Shown in pieces: positions 28,640 to 38,558 of a stretch of 64,000 nt of DNA. Source of the stretch: an uncultured Pelagibacteraceae bacterium (GTDB lineage: Bacteria; Pseudomonadota; Alphaproteobacteria; Pelagibacterales; Pelagibacteraceae); NCBI GenBank assembly GCA_902616205.1, contig CACMRY010000001.1, forward strand, positions 514-64,513, written 5' to 3'. Each line of letters starts with the position of its first letter. Within the stretch, counting starts at the first letter, position 1. The position numbers and the translations under genes were made by a program. Below the pieces are notes generated by a model, which ran no database searches, was not told the DNA's origin, and saw only the letters and a list, made by a program, of their open reading frames with translations.

Positions 28640-28747
28640 AAAATTAATTAATAACGTTTATTTATCTGTCATATATTTGAAATCAGACATATCTGCTATA
28701 ACTATTACGCATTTGAAAGTTTATCTTAATTATTAAAGAATTGTCAA

Positions 28748-30190
28748 ATGGCGGGTAAACTTTGGAGTAATTACAATGCAAGTAAAGCATACGATGGATA
28801 CTTTACTGATGAAAATAAACTTAGAAAGCATGCAGTAATAATCTCAAGCATACTTGAAAAATACGGAAAAGAAAAACTTCAGGAAATAGAAAAAAATTGT
28901 CAAAGTACAATAAGTGCAAGAGGTATAAACTTTAGAGTTTATGCAGCAAACAACAGAGCCGAAGAAAAAAAATGGCCATTAGATATTATCCCAAGAATAA
29001 TTCCAAAATCTCAATGGAATAAAGTAACAAGAGGACTTAAACAAAGAGTAAAAGCACTAAATTTATTTATAGATGATGCTTATAACCAAAAAAAGATTTT
29101 TAAAGATAATATTATACCTAAAGAAATTATTTTTAATTCGCCTTATTATGTAAAAGAATGTGAAGGTTTCTCCCCAAAATATAAGTCTTGGGCAAACATA
29201 TCTGGTGTTGATTTAATTAGAAATAAAAAAGGTGACTATTTAGTCCTAGAAGATAATTTAAGAGTACCTTCAGGTGTCTCTTACATGCTTGAAAATAGAA
29301 TGGTCATGAGGGACGTTTTTCCTGAATTATTTACTAGATATAAAGTTTCATCAATTCATCAATACACTAATAAACTTTTTAATTGTATGATTGAATGTAT
29401 ACCAAAAAAAAATAATAATCCTCACATGGTCGTTCTTACCCCAGGTATTTATAATTCTGCATATTTTGAGCATTCTTTTTTAGCTGAACAAATGGGTATT
29501 GCTTTAGTGGAAGGAAAAGATCTGTTTGTTGAAAATGATCATGTTTATATGAAAACAGTAAAAGGACCCTTAAGAGTTGATTGTATATATAGAAGACTTG
29601 ACGATAATTTTTTAGATCCAAAAGCATTCAATAAAAACTCACTCATTGGTGTTCCTGGATTATTTAAATGTTGGTTAAAAAAAAATGTAGGTATTATAAA
29701 TGCAATAGGAACTGGTATAGCTGATGACAAAGTAGTTTATTCATATGTTAATAAAATGATTGTTTATTATTTAGGAGAACAACCTATTCTTAATCAAGTT
29801 GAAACTTATTTATGTCACGATGAAAAACAAAAAGAATATGTTTTAGAAAATTTATCCAAGCTAGTTGTCAAACCAGCTAATGCTTCTGGTGGATACGGAA
29901 TAATGATAGGTCCCAAAGCATCTGATGAAGAAAGAAGAGAAGTAGCAGAAAAAATAAGAAAAAATCCCAGGGAATATATTGCCCAACCTCTAGAAGTTTT
30001 ATCAACTGCCCCGACTATTACTGAAAAAAATATTGAACCTAGACATTTGGATTTAAGACCATTTATTTTAAGTGGTAAAACTAATTATGTTACAACCGGT
30101 GGATTGACTAGAGTTGCTCTTCGTAAAGGTAGTACAATTGTTAACAGTTCTCAAGGTGGAGGATCTAAAGATACATTAATAGTAGATTAA
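28748..30190 (+). CDS. Circularly permuted type 2 ATP-grasp protein (COG2308)
   Basis: PLDIIPRII, VLEDNLRVPSGVSYMLENR, LTPGIYNSAYFEH, IYRRLDD, ADDK, PRHLDLRPF, GGLTRVAL...VNSSQGGGSKDT. Confidence 0.95.
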   Translation: MAGKLWSNYNASKAYDGYFTDENKLRKHAVIISSILEKYGKEKLQEIEKNCQSTISARGINFRVYAANNRAEEKKWPLDIIPRIIPKSQWNKVTRGLKQRVKALNLFIDDAYNQKKIFKDNIIPKEIIFNSPYYVKECEGFSPKYKSWANISGVDLIRNKKGDYLVLEDNLRVPSGVSYMLENRMVMRDVFPELFTRYKVSSIHQYTNKLFNCMIECIPKKNNNPHMVVLTPGIYNSAYFEHSFLAEQMGIALVEGKDLFVENDHVYMKTVKGPLRVDCIYRRLDDNFLDPKAFNKNSLIGVPGLFKCWLKKNVGIINAIGTGIADDKVVYSYVNKMIVYYLGEQPILNQVETYLCHDEKQKEYVLENLSKLVVKPANASGGYGIMIGPKASDEERREVAEKIRKNPREYIAQPLEVLSTAPTITEKNIEPRHLDLRPFILSGKTNYVTTGGLTRVALRKGSTIVNSSQGGGSKDTLIVD

Positions 30191-30241
30191 TAAATTTTTT
30201 ATGAGTGTTGATAAAATTAATAACAAAATTACAATAGATAT

Positions 30242-30637
30242 ATGTCTAAATATTTTAAATACAAGTTTAAGATTTACTATGAGGACACAGATTCAGGTGG
30301 CGTAGTTTATTATGCAAATTATTTAAAATATTTAGAGAGAGCTCGATCTGAAGCAATATATTCTTTAGGATTAACTAATATAAAACTTCAAAAAGATTAT
30401 GGAGTATTAATAATCGTAAAGTCTTGCAATATTAAATACAAAAAACCTGCAAAATTTGAAGATGAACTTAATATAATATCCTCAATATTATCAAAAACTA
30501 AAACTTCTTTTACAATGTTACAAATAATAAAAAAGAATGAAGAAATAATATCTGAAGCTACAGTTCAATTAGTAACTGTAAATAAAGAGGGTAAACCAAT
30601 TAAAATACCTGAAATTTTAAATAACTTATTAAATTAA
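30242..30637 (+). CDS. ybgC: YbgC/FadM family acyl-CoA thioesterase
   Basis: IYYEDTDSGGVVYYANYLKYLERARSE. Confidence 0.88.
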   Translation: MSKYFKYKFKIYYEDTDSGGVVYYANYLKYLERARSEAIYSLGLTNIKLQKDYGVLIIVKSCNIKYKKPAKFEDELNIISSILSKTKTSFTMLQIIKKNEEIISEATVQLVTVNKEGKPIKIPEILNNLLN

Positions 30638-31303
30638 TTTCAATACCCTTTTGAATAACTGTACCATTTTCTTTTCATTTATTCTTCCAGTATTTACATT
30701 TCTAGGACTTGGATGATAGCAGCCAATCAATAATATATTATTAGGTAATTCAAATACCTTATTGTGCTCAAATTTAATATTTTCATTAAAGTTATAATTA
30801 GATTTGTAAAAGTATTTACAAGCATCAAATGCAATTTTTCCTAGAGCAACTATAACTTTAAGGTCTTTAAGAAAATTTATTTCTTGATTAAAGTATTTAA
30901 AACATTGATCTAATTCTTTTTTTAATGGTTTATCCTCAGGTGGAACACATTTTAAAGCAGTAGTAATAAACGCGTTTTTTAATTTCAGTCCATCATCAAG
31001 ATAATCTGAGTTTGATTGATTAGCGATTTTTACTTTGTGCAAACACTTGTATAAAAAATCCGACGATTTATCGCCCGTAAAAACTCTTCCCGTTCTATTT
31101 CCACCATGAGCTGCTGGTGCTAATCCAACAAACAAAATTTTTCCATTTGTATCTCCATAGCCTGTAATTGGTTTTCCCCAATATTTTTCGTTAATAAATT
31201 GTTTTCGTTTTTGAATAGAAATTTTCTTTCTAAAATTAACTAGTCTTTTGCATTTGATACATTTAATAATAGAATTATTAAGTTTATTAAATTTTTTTTT
31301 CAT
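30629..31303 (-). CDS. Uracil-DNA glycosylase family 5 (UdgB-like, Fe-S)
   Basis: CIKCKRL, GLAPAAHGGNRTGRVFTGD, KCVPPEDKP, YHPSPRNVNTG. Confidence 0.93.
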   Translation of the reverse strand: MKKKFNKLNNSIIKCIKCKRLVNFRKKISIQKRKQFINEKYWGKPITGYGDTNGKILFVGLAPAAHGGNRTGRVFTGDKSSDFLYKCLHKVKIANQSNSDYLDDGLKLKNAFITTALKCVPPEDKPLKKELDQCFKYFNQEINFLKDLKVIVALGKIAFDACKYFYKSNYNFNENIKFEHNKVFELPNNILLIGCYHPSPRNVNTGRINEKKMVQLFKRVLKLI

Positions 31304-31306
31304 TAA

Positions 31307-31861
31307 ATGAAAATATTTAAATTATTTTTACTAATCCTTATATCTTTAACATTTTCAAACCAAGTATTTTCTGAGGATAAAATTTTAGAAAGTTTAAAAG
31401 AGGGTGGTAAAATAATATTTATTAGACATGCTTATGCACCTGGCGGAGGTGATCCAGAAAACTTTGATATAAATGATTGTTCTACACAAAGAAATTTAAA
31501 TGATGAGGGGATTAGCCAATCAAAACTTATTGGAGAATTTTTTAAATCAAAAAAAATTAAAATTGATAAAGTTTTATCGAGCGAGTGGTGTAGGTGTAAA
31601 GAAACTGCAAAATTTGCCTTTAATGATTTTGAAACATTTGATGCATTAAATTCTTTTTATTCTACAAAATTTGCTAAAAATGAAAAAAAACAAATTAAGG
31701 ATCTTAAGAAATATATAAAAAACTGGAAAAGTAATAAAAATTTAATTCTAGTTACACACTATGTAGTTATTTCATCAATGTTAAATATAGCAGTAAGCTC
31801 GGGTGAAATCGTTGTTTCTGATAAAAATTACAAAATTATTGGATCAATTGAGACAATGTGA
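31307..31861 (+). CDS. Exported histidine phosphatase family protein
   Basis: Signal peptide. IRHAYAPG, QRNL, SSEWCRCKETA, LVTH. Confidence 0.88.
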   Translation: MKIFKLFLLILISLTFSNQVFSEDKILESLKEGGKIIFIRHAYAPGGGDPENFDINDCSTQRNLNDEGISQSKLIGEFFKSKKIKIDKVLSSEWCRCKETAKFAFNDFETFDALNSFYSTKFAKNEKKQIKDLKKYIKNWKSNKNLILVTHYVVISSMLNIAVSSGEIVVSDKNYKIIGSIETM

Positions 31862-31884
31862 ATATAATTATATTTAATTAAATT

Positions 31885-32025
31885 ATGTCTTCAAAAAAAG
31901 CAATGAAACAAGCTCAAAAGCAAAATTATGCACGATTTAAAAATAATTTTTCCTCTAACTCTAACAATCCATTTAAAAAAAAAACTATAAAGAATACAAA
32001 ATCAAATTTTTCAATAAAAAAATAA
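31885..32025 (+). CDS. Putative 46-aa basic protein
   Basis: Manual translation MSSKKAMKQAQKQNYARFKNNFSSNSNNPFKKKTIKNTKSNFSIKK*. Fills the intergenic gap. Confidence 0.45.
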   Translation: MSSKKAMKQAQKQNYARFKNNFSSNSNNPFKKKTIKNTKSNFSIKK

Positions 32026-32037
32026 TATAGAATTAAA

Positions 32038-32205
32038 TTAATTTTCTTTTTTTTCAGCGTAATATAAGGCAATTGCAAAAATAGCCGTCCAAAGCATTCC
32101 TAAAATGGCTTTTGGACTAGTTTCAGCGCTCCATATATCTAATACAAACATCCCAATAACAATACCAATTACATAAATTATAATTGCCAAATTTGTTTTA
32201 CTCAT
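32038..32205 (-). CDS. 55-aa two-TM membrane protein
   Basis: Manual translation MSKTNLAIIIYVIGIVIGMFVLDIWSAETSPKAILGMLWTAIFAIALYYAEKKEN*. ATGA overlap with the DUF1289 stop. Confidence 0.75.
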   Translation of the reverse strand: MSKTNLAIIIYVIGIVIGMFVLDIWSAETSPKAILGMLWTAIFAIALYYAEKKEN

Positions 32206-32450
32206 TTTGCAAGACTCTTCTTAAATAATGAAATACCTTTGTTTATTTTATGATCATAAGACTCTTTAAAGCTTTCTAATTGCCAACCATTCATTCGTTC
32301 TTGAATTTCTTTAAGGTTTTTATTTTTCCACTCATCAGTTGTAGCTGGATCTTTCCATATTCTTTTTTCTTCATTACTTCTAGCACAGCCATAACAATAG
32401 CCAGTCACAGGATCAGTTCTGCAAATACTAATGCAAGGTGAAACAGTCAT
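32202..32450 (-). CDS. DUF1289 family Cys-rich protein
   Basis: SPCISIC...GYCYGCARSNEE...W. Confidence 0.88.
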   Translation of the reverse strand: MTVSPCISICRTDPVTGYCYGCARSNEEKRIWKDPATTDEWKNKNLKEIQERMNGWQLESFKESYDHKINKGISLFKKSLAK

Positions 32451-32536
32451 ATTTTATAAATATTATATATACTTTTACACTATTATTCTGATTGGACAAA
32501 TTAGTTCAATAATATATAAAGCTGCATAATTTAACT

Positions 32537-32621
32537 GGGGCGATGGCGGAATTGGTAGACGCGCTGGTCTTAGGAACCAGTCGAGCAATCGGTGAAGGTT
32601 CGAGTCCTTTTCGCCCTACCA
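32537..32621 (+). tRNA. tRNA-Leu(TAG)
   Basis: Acceptor stem GGGGCGA/TCGCCCT-A-CCA, anticodon arm CTGGT-CT TAG GA-ACCAG, long variable arm, GGTTCGAGTCC T-arm. Confidence 0.96.
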
Positions 32622-32630
32622 TTTAAAATT

Positions 32631-34067
32631 ATGAAAGTAACAGTAGAAAATAAAAAAGGTTTACAAAAAGATCTTAAAGTCTTCATCGATAAAAAAACTA
32701 TCTCTGGATACATGGATGAAAAATACGATGAAATTAGAAAAGACGTAGTTATTAAGGGATTCAGACCTGGAAAAGTTCCAACAGAAATTCTTAAAAGACA
32801 GTTTGGGAAAGCTGTATATGGAGAGGTAATTGACAAAGTTTTAAAAGATACAACTACAAAAGCACTAGAAGAGAATAAAATTAAACCAGCAGGCCAACCT
32901 AAAATAGATTTAAAATCATTTGGTGAAGGAAAAGATCTTGAATATATAATTTCAGTAACCGAACTACCAAATATAGACGTTTCATCAATTAACAAAATTC
33001 AAGTAGATGATTATGAAGTGAAAATTGATAATACTGAAACAGATAAAAGAATTGATCAGATTGCAAAAAGCCAAAATAATTTTAAAGAAGTAGATGAAAA
33101 ATATGTTGCAAAAAATAAAGATCTAGTTGCATTTGATTATAAAGCAACTGTTGATGGTAATGATTTTGAGGGTAATGAAGGGAAGAATACTCAATTAGTA
33201 CTAGGCAAAGATTTGTTTATAAAAGGTTTTGATAAACAATTGGAAGGTGTAAAAAAAAATGATACCAAAAAAGTTGAGGTAAATCTTCCAGAGAACTTCC
33301 CAAAAAAAGAGTTAATTAACAAAAAAGCAGTTTTTGATTGTAAAATTAATTCTGTAAAAACACCTGAGGAAGTAAAAATTAATGACGATTTCGCAAAAAC
33401 ATTAGGTGCTAAGGATCTAAATAATTTAAAAGAATTAATATCAAAACAAATTAATGATGAATTTAAAAATTCACTTGATTTAATATCAAAAAAACAGATT
33501 TTAGAACAAATAGAAAAACAAAAATTAGATAATCTCCCTCAGAATTTAATTGAACAAGAAGTTAAGATTTTATCCCAGGGAATGAAAGAAGATGAATTAA
33601 AGAAAAATAAGAAATCTCTAGAAGAACAAGCACAAAAAAGAATAAAAACAGGCTTAATTCTAAATGCTTTTGGGGAAAAAAATAATATCAAAGTTTCTCA
33701 AGATGAAGTGAATACTGAAATTCAAAAACAATTAAGAATGATGACAGGTCAAGAAAAAATGGTTAAAGAGTATTATGAAAAAAATCCATCTGCAATTGAC
33801 GGAATTAGAGGGTCCATTTATGAGGAAAAAATTATCAATGAAATAAAAAAATCAGGTAAAGTAAATAAAAAACAAATTTCAAAAGCTGAGGCTGAAAAAA
33901 TATTAAAAGCTGAAAACGAAAAGAACTTAAAAGAGCAAGAGAAATTAGCTAAACAAAGCAGAGTTGAAAAGAAAACAAAAGTCGAAGCAAAGAAAGAAAC
34001 AGTGTCAAAAAAAGCTAAAACCCTCACAAAGAAAAAAACTGGATCAAAAAAAGTTAGCAAAAAGTAA
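32631..34067 (+). CDS. tig: Trigger factor
   Basis: GFRPGKVP ribosome-binding motif and FKBP domain. The real start is ATG 32631 (MKVTVE); the track start at 32592 lies inside the tRNA. Confidence 0.96.
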   Translation: MKVTVENKKGLQKDLKVFIDKKTISGYMDEKYDEIRKDVVIKGFRPGKVPTEILKRQFGKAVYGEVIDKVLKDTTTKALEENKIKPAGQPKIDLKSFGEGKDLEYIISVTELPNIDVSSINKIQVDDYEVKIDNTETDKRIDQIAKSQNNFKEVDEKYVAKNKDLVAFDYKATVDGNDFEGNEGKNTQLVLGKDLFIKGFDKQLEGVKKNDTKKVEVNLPENFPKKELINKKAVFDCKINSVKTPEEVKINDDFAKTLGAKDLNNLKELISKQINDEFKNSLDLISKKQILEQIEKQKLDNLPQNLIEQEVKILSQGMKEDELKKNKKSLEEQAQKRIKTGLILNAFGEKNNIKVSQDEVNTEIQKQLRMMTGQEKMVKEYYEKNPSAIDGIRGSIYEEKIINEIKKSGKVNKKQISKAEAEKILKAENEKNLKEQEKLAKQSRVEKKTKVEAKKETVSKKAKTLTKKKTGSKKVSKK

Positions 34068-34100
34068 TCACAAGTTGTATAAGTAAATTCGAATCAACTT

Positions 34101-34712
34101 ATGACTTCAAAATTATTTGAACAATTAAACACCCTCGTTCCGATGGTGGTAGAGCAATCCAGCAGAGGAGAAAGAGCTTACGATATTTACTCAAGACTTC
34201 TCAAAGAAAGAATTGTATTTGTAGTTGGCCCAATAAATGACACTGTCGCATCATTAGTTACAGCACAGCTATTATTTCTTGAAAGTGAAGATCCAAAAAA
34301 AGAAATCTCTTTGTATATAAATAGCCCAGGTGGATTAGTTACTGCTGGGTTAGGAATTTACGACACTATGCAATATATTAAACCTGAAGTTAACACTTTA
34401 TGTATAGGTCAAGCAGCAAGTATGGGATCTTTTTTGTTAGCTGCAGGTGCAAAAGGAAAAAGATTTTCCCTTCCCAATTCAAGAATTATGGTTCATCAAC
34501 CGTCAGCAGGATTTCAAGGACAAGCAACTGACATAGAAATTCATGCTAATGAAGTCCTGTCCTTAAAAAAAAGATTAAATGAAATATATTCAAAGCATAC
34601 TGGAAAATCAGTCGATGAAATTAAATCTGCATTAGAAAGAGATAATTTCATGACCCCAGATAATGCAAAAGATTTTGGATTAATAGATAAAGTAGTAGAG
34701 AAGAGAGAGTAA
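34101..34712 (+). CDS. clpP: ATP-dependent Clp protease proteolytic subunit
   Basis: [39 protein letters not shown]. Confidence 0.98.
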   Translation: MTSKLFEQLNTLVPMVVEQSSRGERAYDIYSRLLKERIVFVVGPINDTVASLVTAQLLFLESEDPKKEISLYINSPGGLVTAGLGIYDTMQYIKPEVNTLCIGQAASMGSFLLAAGAKGKRFSLPNSRIMVHQPSAGFQGQATDIEIHANEVLSLKKRLNEIYSKHTGKSVDEIKSALERDNFMTPDNAKDFGLIDKVVEKRE

Positions 34713-34800
34713 ACAACTATATCTAGTTAATCCACAACCTCCACTTGATCAAGAAGAGCTAATTGTAATAAAGTATTAAATTGATTCGATATAAAAAAAT

Positions 34801-36060
34801 ATGAGCAATAATAAAAATATTCTTTACTGTTCTTTTTGTGGGAAAAGCCAGCATGAGGTTAGAAAATTAATTGCAGGTCCAACAGTTTTTATCTGTGATG
34901 AATGTGTTGAGCTTTGTATGGATATTATCAAAGAAGAGAGCAAAGATACATTTGTTAAACACCAAGATGGTTTACCATCACCAAAAGAAATTTGCACCGT
35001 ATTAGATGACTATGTAATTGGCCAAGATCACGCAAAAAAAGTTTTGTCTGTTGCAGTTCACAATCACTATAAAAGATTAAATTACGAAAATAAAACCAGT
35101 AAAACAGTTGAGCTATCTAAATCAAATATAATGTTAGTTGGACCAACTGGTTGTGGTAAAACTTTACTTGCTCAAACACTAGCACGAATATTAGATGTGC
35201 CATTTACCATGGCAGATGCAACAACTTTAACAGAAGCAGGATATGTTGGTGAAGATGTTGAAAATATAATTCTAAAACTACTACAAGCTGCTGATTACAA
35301 TGTTGAAAAAGCTCAAAGAGGAATAGTTTATATTGATGAAGTTGATAAAATCAGTCGTAAATCTGAAAATCCATCTATCACTAGAGATGTTTCAGGTGAA
35401 GGTGTTCAACAAGCTTTATTAAAAATAATGGAAGGAACAGTTGCCAGTGTTCCTCCTCAAGGCGGTAGAAAACACCCACAACAAGAATTTCTTCAAGTAG
35501 ATACAACTAATATATTATTTATTTGTGGGGGTGCGTTTGCTGGTTTAGATAAAATAATTTCTCAAAGAGATAAAGGTTCATCGATTGGTTTTGGTGCAGA
35601 GGTGAAAAGTATTGAGGATAAAAAAACTGGAGAATGGATGAAAAATCTTGAACCTGAAGATTTATTAAAATATGGCTTGATACCGGAATTTATTGGTAGA
35701 CTTCCAATTACAGCAACATTAGAAGATTTAGATGAGAGATCATTAGTTAAAATTTTATTAGAACCAAAAAATTCTTTAATAAAACAGTACCAGGAACTTT
35801 TTAAGCTTGAAGGAGTAAAACTTAATTTTAAAGATCAAGCTGTTAAAGATATTGCAAATAAAGCAATTGCTAAAAAAACAGGTGCAAGAGGGTTAAGATC
35901 AATACTTGAAAATATTTTGTTAAAAACTATGTTTGATTTACCTAGTCAGGAAAATATAGAGGAAGTAATCATTGATTCTGGTGCGGCGAAAGGTGTTTCT
36001 CAACCTGTTATCGTACATTCCAAGAACAAATCTAAGTCCGATAAGACTTCAGCGGCTTAA
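34801..36060 (+). CDS. clpX: ATP-dependent Clp protease ATP-binding subunit
   Basis: CSFCGK zinc finger, [25 protein letters not shown] loop. Confidence 0.98.
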   Translation: MSNNKNILYCSFCGKSQHEVRKLIAGPTVFICDECVELCMDIIKEESKDTFVKHQDGLPSPKEICTVLDDYVIGQDHAKKVLSVAVHNHYKRLNYENKTSKTVELSKSNIMLVGPTGCGKTLLAQTLARILDVPFTMADATTLTEAGYVGEDVENIILKLLQAADYNVEKAQRGIVYIDEVDKISRKSENPSITRDVSGEGVQQALLKIMEGTVASVPPQGGRKHPQQEFLQVDTTNILFICGGAFAGLDKIISQRDKGSSIGFGAEVKSIEDKKTGEWMKNLEPEDLLKYGLIPEFIGRLPITATLEDLDERSLVKILLEPKNSLIKQYQELFKLEGVKLNFKDQAVKDIANKAIAKKTGARGLRSILENILLKTMFDLPSQENIEEVIIDSGAAKGVSQPVIVHSKNKSKSDKTSAA

Positions 36061-36088
36061 AAACTAGTTAATAAATAACTATTTTCTA

Positions 36089-36116
36089 TTGCAATATATT
36101 ATTTAATATCCATATT
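36089..36116 (+). promoter_or_regulatory. Possible RpoH (sigma32)-type promoter of lon
   Basis: TTGCAA-N15-CCATAT ending 7 nt before the lon ATG. Confidence 0.4.
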
Positions 36117-36122
36117 TACTTC

Positions 36123-38510
36123 ATGGAAGTCAAAGTAACACAACCGTTATTACCATTAAGAGACATAGTTGTCTTTCCAAGTATGGTTATACCTTTATTC
36201 GTTGGTAGAGATAAATCTATTACAGCACTAAATGAAGTGATGAAAGGCGATAAAAAAATTGTTTTAGTAACTCAAAAAAATTCAGAAGTAGACGATCCAA
36301 AAAAAAATGATGTATTTTCGTACGGGTGTGAAAGTAACATTTTACAATTACTAAAATTACCTGATGGGACAGTCAAGGTTCTTGTCGAGGGAATAAAAAG
36401 AGTAAAACTTGTTGATTTTAAAGATGATGAAAAATTTATTTCTTGTACATTTGAATATCAAAAAGATATTTTAGTTAAAGATGAGGATTTACTACCACTC
36501 GCACTAACGGCTGTAAGAAGATTAGAAAAACTAACATCTATTAATAAAAAAGTTTCATCAGAAACCATTAACAATATTAAGCAACTTAAAGATCCATCGA
36601 AAATTGCAGACAATATCGCATCTCATCTAAATGCTACAATTTCTGAAAAACAACAAATTTTTGAAACATTAGATGTTAAAAAAAGGCTGAACGGTGTTAT
36701 CAAAATAATGGAAAACGAGACAAGTATTATTGGTGTTGAGAAAAGAATTAGAGGTCGTGTTAAAACACAAATGGAAAAAACGCAAAGAGAGTATTATTTA
36801 AATGAGCAATTAAAAGCTATACAAAAAGAACTTGGCGAAATCGAAGATGGCAAAGACGAAACTACAAGCCTAAAGAAATCAATTCAAAAAGCTAAAATGC
36901 CTAAAGAAGTTGAGAAAAAATGTATGGCTGAACTAAAAAAATTGAAGAATATGAGCCCAATGTCAGCTGAAGCTACAGTGGTGAGAAATTATCTTGATTG
37001 GATGATAGATATACCATGGTTTAAAAAAGATAAAGTTGATATTGATTTAACTAAAGCTTTAAAAATATTAGATGAAGATCATTTTGGATTAGAAAAAGTT
37101 AAAGAAAGAATAATTGAATTTTTAGCAGTTCAAAAAAGAATGGATAAAATTAAAGGTCCAATTCTTTGTTTAGTAGGTCCCCCAGGTGTAGGAAAAACTT
37201 CATTAGGAAAATCTATAGCAAAAGCAACAAACAGACAGTTTGTAAGAATGTCATTAGGTGGTGTTAGAGATGAAGCAGAAGTAAGAGGTCACAGAAGAAC
37301 ATATATCGGTTCACTTCCTGGAAAAATTATTCAAATGATGAAAAAAGCTGGAACAAAAAATCCATTATTTCTGTTAGATGAAATAGATAAAATTGGAAAT
37401 GATTATAGAGGTGATCCATCCTCAGCTTTACTAGAAGCGTTAGACCCGGAACAAAATACAACCTTTAATGATCATTATTTAGAAGTTGACTATGATTTAT
37501 CAGATGTCATGTTTGTTACGACTGCGAACACTCTTAACATTTTACCTCCACTGTTAGACAGAATGGAAGTAATAAGAATTCCAGGATACACAGAGGACGA
37601 AAAAATCAATATTGCGAATAAATACCTTCTACCAAAGCAAATAAAAGACAATGGGGTTAAGGAGGGAGAGATGAATTTAGAGGATGGAACCATTAAAGAA
37701 ATAATAAGAAGTTACACAAGAGAATCGGGTGTTAGAAATCTGGAAAGAGAGATATCTAAAGTAACAAGAAAAGTAGTAAAAAAAGTTGTAAATAACGAAG
37801 AAAAAAAAGTTGATGTAAATTCAAAAAATGTTTCTGATTTTTTAGGCATTAAAAAATTTAAGTTTGGAGAATTAGAATCAGAAAATAAGACGGGAATTGT
37901 AATTGGTTTAGCTTGGACAGAGTTTGGTGGAGAAATTCTAAAAATAGAGACAGTAAATATGCCAGGAAAAGGAAGAATGCAAATTACCGGAAAGCTTGGT
38001 GATGTAATGCAAGAGTCTGTTAAAGCAGCAAAATCTTTTGTAAGATCAAAAAGTTTAGAGTACGGAATAATTCCTCCTTTATTTGAAAAAAAAGATTTTC
38101 ATATTCACGTACCAGAAGGAGCGACACCTAAAGATGGACCCTCTGCAGGTATTGCAATGGTAACATCAATAGTATCATCTATAACTAATATTCCAGTAAA
38201 TAGAGAAATAGCTATGACAGGAGAAGTTACAGTAACAGGTCAAGTTTTAGCAATAGGTGGTTTAAAAGAAAAACTTTTAGCTGCTCATCGTGCCGGAGTT
38301 AAAAAAGTTCTAATTCCCAAAGAAAATGAAAAAGATTTAGCAGATGTTCCACAGAAAGTTAAAGAAGATATAAATATCATTCCTGTAGAATCTGCAAATG
38401 AGGTATTAAAATTAGCTTTAACAAAAGAGCTTAAACCCGTTGAGTGGAACGAAGTTGAAAAAATATCAGAGACTAAAAAAGACGACAAATCTCAAGCTAG
38501 TATTCAGTAA
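36123..38510 (+). CDS. lon: Lon protease
   Basis: LPLRDIVVFP, GPPGVGKT, HRRTYIG, PKDGPSAG catalytic Ser. Confidence 0.98.
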   Translation: MEVKVTQPLLPLRDIVVFPSMVIPLFVGRDKSITALNEVMKGDKKIVLVTQKNSEVDDPKKNDVFSYGCESNILQLLKLPDGTVKVLVEGIKRVKLVDFKDDEKFISCTFEYQKDILVKDEDLLPLALTAVRRLEKLTSINKKVSSETINNIKQLKDPSKIADNIASHLNATISEKQQIFETLDVKKRLNGVIKIMENETSIIGVEKRIRGRVKTQMEKTQREYYLNEQLKAIQKELGEIEDGKDETTSLKKSIQKAKMPKEVEKKCMAELKKLKNMSPMSAEATVVRNYLDWMIDIPWFKKDKVDIDLTKALKILDEDHFGLEKVKERIIEFLAVQKRMDKIKGPILCLVGPPGVGKTSLGKSIAKATNRQFVRMSLGGVRDEAEVRGHRRTYIGSLPGKIIQMMKKAGTKNPLFLLDEIDKIGNDYRGDPSSALLEALDPEQNTTFNDHYLEVDYDLSDVMFVTTANTLNILPPLLDRMEVIRIPGYTEDEKINIANKYLLPKQIKDNGVKEGEMNLEDGTIKEIIRSYTRESGVRNLEREISKVTRKVVKKVVNNEEKKVDVNSKNVSDFLGIKKFKFGELESENKTGIVIGLAWTEFGGEILKIETVNMPGKGRMQITGKLGDVMQESVKAAKSFVRSKSLEYGIIPPLFEKKDFHIHVPEGATPKDGPSAGIAMVTSIVSSITNIPVNREIAMTGEVTVTGQVLAIGGLKEKLLAAHRAGVKKVLIPKENEKDLADVPQKVKEDINIIPVESANEVLKLALTKELKPVEWNEVEKISETKKDDKSQASIQ

Positions 38511-38558
38511 TAAACAATTTACATTATTATTTGGTTGATGTATTAGTACCAAGATTTT

